A program made the translations under genes and the position numbers. From NCBI GenBank assembly GCA_019308995.1, contig JAFDHD010000009.1:4524-68523 (forward strand): a stretch of DNA of 64,000 bases, written 5' to 3'. The notes under the pieces were generated by a model that worked only from the letters and a program-made list of their open reading frames with translations, was not told the origin of the DNA and did no database searches. This DNA comes from Deltaproteobacteria bacterium. Its GTDB lineage: Bacteria > Desulfobacterota > Desulfarculia > Adiutricales > JAFDHD01. Below are positions 18,733 through 25,919 of the stretch, piece after piece; position 1 is the first letter of the stretch, and each line of letters starts with the position of its first letter.

Positions 18733-19554
18733 CTACTCCTCAATAAGAACAAATAAGGCTCCATTGAGACAACCTTCATCTTTCAGGGCATGGTGTAATT
18801 TAACTCTACTTGTATCATTACCAAGTAAAGCACCATCTTTGAGAGCTACCCATTGCCCTTTATACTTAGAGGCATTTTTGCGTAACCATAAAGCATCTTT
18901 TTTAAGGTCGCCGCCAGTTGCAATTTCTCGTGGCTTCGTCCTTGGTTCGGCTAATACTTTACGCCATGTATCTAGTTTAGTGGACAGGCCCGGTGGAACT
19001 TGAATTGAAGATAATAAGTGTCGGGCATCAACGACTCGCCCATCCTCAACAAGATCCTTCACAATTGCTAATTCACGCTCTACGCTCACAAGCACAGAAG
19101 TAGAGCTTTCCGCTATTGCTGCTTCGTATTCTCCCCAAAGGTTAAATTGAATAAATCCCAAAGGTTCCAAATAGGCTAAGATTTGTTTAAACCTCTCGGA
19201 AATAGAATAAATACAACTTTGCTTCCAATCTTCTAGAACTTCGGTTTCGGTTTTGTACCATTCAACAAGGCTCCTCGACCGCATCATCGGAAAAGAAAAA
19301 TTTTTAAAGACGATTGTTCCCGCTTCTTGTAAATTGACAACTTTATATTGAGATGTTGCTGCGGTAGAGCATACAGTCCAAAAATCACTAAAGCAACTCT
19401 TCCCATACTCTTGCAGCACAGAATAGTCTGTAGAAGCACCCGTCTTTACCGCATCTAATATAACAGCCGCATCCTGTCCCATAACGCCAGTGCTTGCCGT
19501 CAATAATTTAGCCCGTGGCGTTAGTGACATATTATTTGCAGTAAATTGAGTCAT
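18733..19554 (-). CDS. hypothetical protein with a C-terminal DUF5678-like domain, cassette gene 2
   Basis: The C-terminal KYKGQWVALKDGALLGNDTSRVKLHHALKDEG..ALFVLIEE matches my recollection of the DUF5678 pattern (kGkWVAi.dg.vv..g.d...l). I do not recognise the roughly 200-aa N-terminal region. Confidence 0.45.
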   Translation of the reverse strand: MTQFTANNMSLTPRAKLLTASTGVMGQDAAVILDAVKTGASTDYSVLQEYGKSCFSDFWTVCSTAATSQYKVVNLQEAGTIVFKNFSFPMMRSRSLVEWYKTETEVLEDWKQSCIYSISERFKQILAYLEPLGFIQFNLWGEYEAAIAESSTSVLVSVERELAIVKDLVEDGRVVDARHLLSSIQVPPGLSTKLDTWRKVLAEPRTKPREIATGGDLKKDALWLRKNASKYKGQWVALKDGALLGNDTSRVKLHHALKDEGCLNGALFVLIEE

Positions 19555-20348
19555 TTTATGTCACCTTTATCGGCAATTTCCTTTGCTAAGATTACTAACT
19601 CATCGAACAAATCCGAAAGTACGTTCTTAGGTAATTCACCGGAAAATTCCTGAGAGGTATTCACGTCCAACGCCAAACGACACGCACTTATAGTATCACG
19701 AGGATGTGTTGGAGTCACTGGTTCTCTGTTGCTAAACTCCACATTAAGGCCTTGTCTCCATATGCTGGATACTGACCATGTTGAAAGGCGGTTAATCTGA
19801 AGGTTTTCCGACCATGATTTGGACAAGCGGGGGCGGTTAATCTGATAGAGAAAGTCGGACGGACCTATTGGATCTAAATCAACATCAACTGTTGGGAGAT
19901 ATTCCGATATTTGCCTGTATCCTTCCTCTCGATCCTCTACTCGTTGAAGCAAAATGGCTCCAAAAGCTAAGCGTTTAATCGGCGGGCAAATCTTTAACCA
20001 TTGATGCATTAATTTGCAGAAATTTTCCGCTGCGCCGGGAAACAACCCTATTATTGGCAAGCCCTCCTCGATCTTATCCGTATCAGCAGCATAGAGCCAA
20101 TCAATTCTGTTTGGATGGGTCTCCACAATCAACTTACCATTTTCAAATGCACCTTCATCTCGATGAAACCCCTGTTTTGGATAAGAAGTCCTTGTTTCTG
20201 GCGACTCCTTTATTAATTCATCCCATACCGTAAGCTCTCTTTCAACCATGGACACATGAAAAACTGTAACTCTTAGGGATTCAATCTGCCAAACCTTCAG
20301 TTCCGATTTACTGTTTTCATGCAAATCAGATTTTGTACCTTTATTCAT
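19551..20348 (-). CDS. hypothetical protein, cassette gene 1 (possibly distant TIGR04255-like)
   Basis: Its stop overlaps the start of gene 2 by 4 nt. No catalytic motif is recognised. The layout (N-terminal beta-like IESLRVTVFH, mid RLAFGAILLQRV, C-terminal LALDVNT...LFDELV) only loosely resembles TIGR04255. Confidence 0.4.
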   Translation of the reverse strand: MNKGTKSDLHENSKSELKVWQIESLRVTVFHVSMVERELTVWDELIKESPETRTSYPKQGFHRDEGAFENGKLIVETHPNRIDWLYAADTDKIEEGLPIIGLFPGAAENFCKLMHQWLKICPPIKRLAFGAILLQRVEDREEGYRQISEYLPTVDVDLDPIGPSDFLYQINRPRLSKSWSENLQINRLSTWSVSSIWRQGLNVEFSNREPVTPTHPRDTISACRLALDVNTSQEFSGELPKNVLSDLFDELVILAKEIADKGDIK

Positions 20349-20391
20349 GACCGAACCTTAGCCTTCTTTTTTGTAGAAAGATTTTTATTTA

Positions 20392-20420
20392 AGAATATCA
20401 CATTAATAGGAAAAACTCAA
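20392..20420 (-). promoter_or_regulatory. candidate sigma70-type promoter for the three-gene cassette
   Basis: TTGAGT-N17-TATTCT lies on the minus strand, about 45 nt upstream of the 20348 start. Each hexamer matches only 4 of 6 positions. Confidence 0.3.
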
Positions 20421-20524
20421 AATTACCTTAGAAGGTTGTTCCTAGAATCTAGTATTTATATTTTCGTTTAAATCTGAGAATAATTATATTTGAACATTAA
20501 TCCTTTAACTAACAGTTTGATCTC

Positions 20525-21226
20525 TCAATTTTTTTTATAATCAGAAAGCCGCTTCTCGGCCATGGCCAGCTCTTCCAGACCCTCCCGGTCCAGTATCTCA
20601 ATGTGGGGACCGTCCGCCTGAATCAACCCCTGTTTCACCAGCTTGGCCAGCATCCGGGACAGCGTCTCCGGGATGGTTCCCAAAAGGCTGGCCAGCTGGC
20701 CTTTGGCCACATCCAGGGTAACCTTGTCAGACCGCTGCTGCTGCTGGCTCAAGGAGAGGAGGTGCGCGGCCAGCCTTCCTGATACTTCCTTGAGGGAAAG
20801 GTCTTCGATCAGGTTGGCGAACTGGTGCAGGCGCATGGACAGGGTGGCCAGCATATTCAAGGCCAGGGATGGATTGGCCCTGATGAGTTCAGCAAAGGCG
20901 CTCCGCGGGAAGAAGAAGACACGGCTCTTTTCATAAGCCTCAGCATAAGCCGGATAACTCTGGCCGGTAAAAAGAGCTACCTCGCCAAACGGCTCGCCTG
21001 GACCCCAGAGGTGCAGGATCTGTTCTTTCCCTTCAGGAGAGAGCTTATAAACCTTGACCCGTCCTTCTACAACCACGTAAAAACCAACCCCTTCATCGCC
21101 TTCTGAAAAGATGATCTCGCCGCGCTCGAATTTCTGATCCTTCACGATGGACGCCAGGTCTTGATACTGCTCATGAGGCAGACCGGAAAAAAGAGGTATG
21201 TTAGCGATACGCTCGGAAATATTCAT
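20525..21226 (-). CDS. Crp/Fnr family transcriptional regulator
   Basis: N-terminal cNMP-binding beta-roll (FSEGDEGVGFYVVVEGRVKVY) and a C-terminal HTH (TIPETLSRMLAKLVKQGLI). Confidence 0.85.
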   Translation of the reverse strand: MNISERIANIPLFSGLPHEQYQDLASIVKDQKFERGEIIFSEGDEGVGFYVVVEGRVKVYKLSPEGKEQILHLWGPGEPFGEVALFTGQSYPAYAEAYEKSRVFFFPRSAFAELIRANPSLALNMLATLSMRLHQFANLIEDLSLKEVSGRLAAHLLSLSQQQQRSDKVTLDVAKGQLASLLGTIPETLSRMLAKLVKQGLIQADGPHIEILDREGLEELAMAEKRLSDYKKN

Positions 21227-21264
21227 AATAATGTTCCCTTTGGAACTGGAATTAACACCGGCCC

Positions 21265-21278
21265 TTGACTTAAGTTAA
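21265..21278. promoter_or_regulatory. FNR/CRP-box-like imperfect palindrome upstream of the crp/fnr gene
   Basis: TTGAC-TTAA-GTTAA, against the FNR-type consensus TTGAT-N4-ATCAA. Its near edge lies about 40 nt upstream of the 21226 start codon. Confidence 0.3.
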
Positions 21279-21328
21279 GGTTTGTTGCCTTTTAAAAGAT
21301 AATATTAACAAGCTCGGCGGATTGCGAA

Positions 21329-21358
21329 GCGTCTTTAAAACAGGCGTCTTTAAAACAG
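21329..21358. repeat. perfect 15-nt tandem duplication
   Basis: GCGTCTTTAAAACAG occurs twice in direct succession (21329-21343 and 21344-21358). Confidence 0.9.
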
Positions 21359-21552
21359 GTAGCTGGGAGCCGCCAATTAATGATATCCTCTTTTAGCCGA
21401 GCAGCGCCTCGGCGACCTGCCGCCGGACAAATCAAAGCTGACCGCCCTTATTGACTCCAACGCCTTCCTGACGGCCAGCGGCCGCAAGCTGGCCCGGACC
21501 ATCCTTCTCGGCTGACTATTCGCGGTTACCCGTATTTACTTGAGTTAAGGCC

Positions 21553-22740
21553 TCACTCCTCCAGGAGCGTCCCGGGAAGGACGGCGTCCCGGCCGTACTT
21601 TTCGGTGATGGTGTCCAGGGCGGTGTGGAGCTTTTTTTCTTTCTCCAAGGCTGTCTGCTGGTTAAAGAGGGATAATTGCTTCTCATCGTCAGGGCTGACC
21701 AGACGGGAAAGATATATTCCAAGCAGTCTGATCGGTCTTTGACCCGCTTCAGTTTCTTCGAGAAGCTGACAGCTTTTTTGAAAAATCTCACCCTGGTCAT
21801 CCGTCGGCTCAGGTAAGGTCACGGCCCGGGTGATCTGAACAAAGTCCTTGTATTTCACCTTGAGCGTGACGGTTCTGCCAGTAAACCCTTTGCGCCGCAT
21901 GCGCCGCGCCACCTGCGTCGCCAGGGAAAGGAGCTTTTTTCTAACTGTTTCCAGGTCCATGATGTCTTGGGCAAAGGTTTCCTCCCGGCCCATGGATTTA
22001 ACCTCCCGCTCCGTTTCGACCTCCCTTTGGTCCATGTCCCTGGCCATGTGATACAAATGGACACCATGCTGGCCGAACTTTCTTTCCAGGACTTCAAGTG
22101 GCAGGCGGCTCAGATCGCCGATCGTCTTAACACCCAGGAAGGCCAAGCCTTTCTGAGTGGCCTTGCCCGCCCCCCAGAGCTTTTCAATGGGCAGTGGATC
22201 AAGAAACTCCCTGACCTTTCCATAAGGCACCACGGTCAGGCCGTCCGGCTTTTCAAGGTCAGAGGCGATCTTAGCCACCAGCTTGGAAGGCGCCACTCCG
22301 GCTGACACGGTCAGGCCAAGCTCCGCCTTGACCTGCCTTCTGATTTTTTTAGCGATTTCTTCAGGAGAGCCAAAGAGGCGCTGGCTGCCGGTTACGTCGA
22401 GAAAGGCTTCATCAATGGAAAGCGGTTCCACCAGCGGCGTGAAACGTTGAAATATCTCAAAGACCTTCTTCGAAACCTCCTGGTATCTTTCCATTCTGAC
22501 CGGCAGGAATATGCCATCCGGGCAAAGTCGCCGGGCGGTGGCAATGGGTTGAGCCGAATGAACGCCGTATTTTCGAGCCTCGTAGGAAGCTGACGACACC
22601 ACGCCCCTTTCGTCCCGGCCCCCGACGATAACGGGCTTCCCTTTGAGTTCGGGATTGTCCAGAACCTCGACCGCCGGGTAGAAGGCGTCCATGTCGAGGT
22701 GAATGATATCCTTTGGCTTCATTCGTTTCAATCTCATCAC
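21553..22740 (-). CDS. dinB: DNA polymerase IV (Y-family)
   Basis: IIHLDMDAFYPAVE and SIDEAFLDVT motifs. The start is ambiguous between GTG 22740, ATG 22737 and ATG 22722. Confidence 0.9.
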   Translation of the reverse strand: MMRLKRMKPKDIIHLDMDAFYPAVEVLDNPELKGKPVIVGGRDERGVVSSASYEARKYGVHSAQPIATARRLCPDGIFLPVRMERYQEVSKKVFEIFQRFTPLVEPLSIDEAFLDVTGSQRLFGSPEEIAKKIRRQVKAELGLTVSAGVAPSKLVAKIASDLEKPDGLTVVPYGKVREFLDPLPIEKLWGAGKATQKGLAFLGVKTIGDLSRLPLEVLERKFGQHGVHLYHMARDMDQREVETEREVKSMGREETFAQDIMDLETVRKKLLSLATQVARRMRRKGFTGRTVTLKVKYKDFVQITRAVTLPEPTDDQGEIFQKSCQLLEETEAGQRPIRLLGIYLSRLVSPDDEKQLSLFNQQTALEKEKKLHTALDTITEKYGRDAVLPGTLLEE

Positions 22741-22943
22741 GTTACATTGGACCTCAATAAACCAAAAACAAACCGCTGGGCTGGCAACCGCCTCGGTTAA
22801 GCTGATGAAACATTATATAGCATTGGTGAAAATCTTTCTTGTGAAATTTGTAAGGAAGTCAAATAGCAGTAAAATTGACATCTGAACGCAGGCCATGCTT
22901 TAATAAGTGACTTTTTATCCCGATCCCAAAAGGAGATGCATTC

Positions 22944-23501
22944 ATGAGCAAAGCCAAGCTTGGACCTCAAACGTGGATTTTCCCCATGCCCGCCGTCCTG
23001 GTGGGCGCCATGAAGGATCAAAAACCGAACTTTATGACCGCGGCCTGGTGTCAGATTGCAGGGCAACAGCCGCCCGCAGTGGCAGCGGCCATCAGAAAGC
23101 AGCGTCACACCTTGAAAGGCATTGAAGAGAACCACACGTTTTCCATCAATGTCCCGTCAACCGATCTGGTAAAAAAGGTGGATTACTGCGGAATCTACTC
23201 AGGTAAACACAAAGATAAGTCCCAAGTCTTTAAAGTTTTTTACGGAGCCCTGGAAACAGCGCCGCTTGTCGAAGAATGCCCGGTCAACCTTGAATGCAAG
23301 CTCATCCAACGCCTGGACCTAGGCAGCCATGTTCTTGTTGTCGGCGAGATTATCGAAACCTATGTCAACGACGACTGTCTGGCCGGTAATGCAGTGGATA
23401 TTAAAAAGGTTGATCCGCTGATCTACATCCCGGGAACGCAGAACTATCACCGTCTCGGGGACGCCATCGCCCGGGCCTTTCAAGTTGGAAAGGAGGAATA
23501 A
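22944..23501 (+). CDS. flavin reductase-like FMN-binding (split-barrel) protein
   Basis: The length and the pattern PMPAVLVGA...NFMTAAW...HTLKGIEENHTFSINV are typical of the flavin reductase domain family. Confidence 0.65.
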   Translation: MSKAKLGPQTWIFPMPAVLVGAMKDQKPNFMTAAWCQIAGQQPPAVAAAIRKQRHTLKGIEENHTFSINVPSTDLVKKVDYCGIYSGKHKDKSQVFKVFYGALETAPLVEECPVNLECKLIQRLDLGSHVLVVGEIIETYVNDDCLAGNAVDIKKVDPLIYIPGTQNYHRLGDAIARAFQVGKEE

Positions 23502-23548
23502 AGCCGAGGCTGGAAAATTTCGAGAAGAAAGACTGCGGGGGCGGTCGC

Positions 23549-24571
23549 CTAAACGTTAAAGCGGATATAGAGCACATCGTGGTCTTCAACGACTTGATCA
23601 CGGCCGACCAGCCTCATCAGACCGGCCTTTTTCACGGCTGCTTCAGACCCCTGGGCGTACAGGTCTTCTGAACGCATGACCTCAGCCCGGATAAAACCCC
23701 TGACCATATCACTGTGGACTGCGCCGGCAGCCTCGATGGCCGTGGCGCCCCGCTTAACGGTCCAGGCCCGGACCTCGTTCTGGTTGGCAGTATAAAAAGT
23801 GATCATGTCCAGGGAACGGAAGCTGGCTGTTATCAACCTGTCGAGGGCGTTTCCTTCAATACCCAGCTCAGCAGCGAACTCATCACGCTCCTCCGCGTCC
23901 AACTCTGCCAATTCAGCCTCAATTCGCGCCCGGATCACCACCGGTGTTTCCTCACCTTTCAGGGGCGGCGGGTCAGGATCGTCGTCCTCGTTATTAGCTA
24001 TCAGAACCACTGGCTTGGCCGTAAGGAACCCGAATCCCCGGAGCTTGACATGGCTGGCAAGTTCGGGACTTGCCTTTAAGGGACGCTCCTGAGAGAGCAG
24101 GGTTCTAATCTCCTCAAGGAGTCCGGCCTCTTCCGGGTCCTCCTTGCGGCCGCGCTTCTTTTCGTGGGTCATGCGTTCCAGACGATTCTCCACGGCCAAC
24201 AGATCGTTTAGAATCAGTTCGTCGCTAAAGGCCTGACGGTCAGCCTCGGGCTGCGGCGCACCCATGCCGCCGTCAAAGTTGCGAATGACCTCGACCAGAC
24301 CGTCAACCTGCCTGAGTTCTGGAGAAAGCCGGGTGGCCGGATCGTCGGGCTTGACCATTGGCGGGGCCGGGTCCAGATAAGTAATCACGGCGTAGGTGGC
24401 CTTTTTAGGCTTGTAAATAGCCGCCAGACGGTCCACCCGCTCGTCAGGCGCGGGCAGAAACGCCAGATTGCTTTCCTCGCGCTTACGGCCGGTGGCCTGA
24501 TGGCGGCTGCTGAGCGCTGCAAAAAGGGTTGTCTTGCCAGACCTGGCTAGGCCTGTGAGCGCCAGTTTCAT
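23549..24571 (-). CDS. YchF-like P-loop NTPase with a C-terminal TGS/DUF933-like domain
   Basis: GLARSGKTT P-loop and a C-terminus (RAWTVKRGATAIEAAGAVHSDMVRGFIRAEV) like the YchF C-terminal domain. Confidence 0.6.
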   Translation of the reverse strand: MKLALTGLARSGKTTLFAALSSRHQATGRKREESNLAFLPAPDERVDRLAAIYKPKKATYAVITYLDPAPPMVKPDDPATRLSPELRQVDGLVEVIRNFDGGMGAPQPEADRQAFSDELILNDLLAVENRLERMTHEKKRGRKEDPEEAGLLEEIRTLLSQERPLKASPELASHVKLRGFGFLTAKPVVLIANNEDDDPDPPPLKGEETPVVIRARIEAELAELDAEERDEFAAELGIEGNALDRLITASFRSLDMITFYTANQNEVRAWTVKRGATAIEAAGAVHSDMVRGFIRAEVMRSEDLYAQGSEAAVKKAGLMRLVGRDQVVEDHDVLYIRFNV

Positions 24572-25064
24572 GGTCTGCTCCCGTTTTATTTCTTGACCAA
24601 TATTTCTACCACATTTTACCTCTATTTAACAGCACCGGCCAAATTCAAAGGCCGCTTATTTTTCACATGCCAGGCCCATGGATTTCAAATCGCCCTGCTC
24701 TATAAAACCATGACCCTGAAGGCAGCTTGACGTATGGCTTTTGTTTTTTGTATGATTGCCTGATCAAATAAGGAAAAACCAAGCTTGGCGACCTGGCAGA
24801 GGCCGGAAGTACCAGCAGCTTGGCAGGCTTATACGTTCGATTTGAGCAAATTCGTTAACTGAAGCCGTCTGAAGCAGAGGGGAAACGCTTCTATAAACCT
24901 GACAAGAGCTGCCTGGCCAAGGGGTGTGATGGATAAGGCATGTTTCTGATTATCCTAGTATGCGGCTCAGCTTTGGCTTTAAACAATCATGCCTTAACAA
25001 AGGCTTTCTCCAGATATGTTTGACCGCTTAAGACAAAGAGACTTAATCCGGAGATGAATCGTAT

Positions 25065-25706
25065 ATGAAGCCCGACTCCTTAATCTTCGATCTGGACGGA
25101 ACACTCTGGGACACGACCGAACCTTGCGCCCGGGCCTGGAACCTTGGGCTGGAGCGCTTTGGAATCAGCTCTCGGAAGATCACCTCAGCCGACATTGCCT
25201 CAGTGACCGGCCTGCCTTACGACAAATGTGTGGCCGTAATTTTTCCTGATATTTCACAACATGATCTTCTCAGGCTGGTGGATCAGCTAAACGCAGCAGA
25301 CAAGGAGATCATCCTGGCCGAAGGCGGACGCCTTTATGACGGCGTGGCGAAAGGCTTAGTAGAGCTTGGCCAGCGTTTCCCCCTGTTTTTAGTCAGTAAC
25401 TGCCAGGCCTGGTATCTGGATTGGTTTCTATCCTGGTCCAAGCTCAAATCCGTCTTTCAAGACTACGAATCATACGGGAATACCGGAAAACCCAAGGCAG
25501 ACAATATCACCGCCATAAAAAAACGTAACCGGCTCTTTTGCCCGGTTTACATCGGTGACACAGTCAATGACTACGAGGCGGCATTGAAGGCGGAGGTCGC
25601 CTTTATTCATCTGGACCACGGTTTTGGCAGTCCGGTGGACGCCGTTTTAAGTCTAAGCGACTTTGAAGGTCTGGTCCGTTATCTCCTTTCCCCATCCCTT
25701 GCCTAG
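25065..25706 (+). CDS. HAD-superfamily hydrolase (phosphatase-like)
   Basis: LIFDLDGTLWDT (DxDGT motif I) and a later GDTVNDYEAA (motif IV). Confidence 0.75.
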   Translation: MKPDSLIFDLDGTLWDTTEPCARAWNLGLERFGISSRKITSADIASVTGLPYDKCVAVIFPDISQHDLLRLVDQLNAADKEIILAEGGRLYDGVAKGLVELGQRFPLFLVSNCQAWYLDWFLSWSKLKSVFQDYESYGNTGKPKADNITAIKKRNRLFCPVYIGDTVNDYEAALKAEVAFIHLDHGFGSPVDAVLSLSDFEGLVRYLLSPSLA

Positions 25707-25919
25707 ATTTTTGATCTCGCCTTTTAAGCCAGCTCGATTTTTCAGTGGAATAAGGAAAAAGAATTGCATAATTGGGGGCAGATTTACCCGTGTCTGATCA
25801 GATAATATCCTGGGGTAAACAAGAGGCTCTGGGGTGGAAGAGCTTGGGGGGATAGGTCAAGTACTAAGAAAAAAGCTCAGGGGATATGGCTGTTTTTGCG
25901 ATCTTGAGGTCCTTATAAT

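Noticed and set aside
18140-20524. Direct repeats or att-like sites flanking the low-GC cassette, for example AACTTTGATGA near 18142 against ACAGTTTGATCTC near 20512.
   Set aside because: The shared core is only about 7 nt (TTTGAT plus context). That is expected by chance in AT-rich DNA, so no insertion boundaries are claimed.
24795-24835. An SRP (4.5S) RNA-like motif: GGCCGGAAGUACCAGCAGCUUGGCAGG resembles the conserved domain IV sequence GGUCCGGAAGGAAGCAGCCAAGGCAG.
   Set aside because: The bases flanking the GGAA tetraloop do not pair as required. The second closing pair would be C-U, and the symmetric-loop register is lost by the UACC insertion. No long 5'/3' helix with the expected geometry could be drawn.
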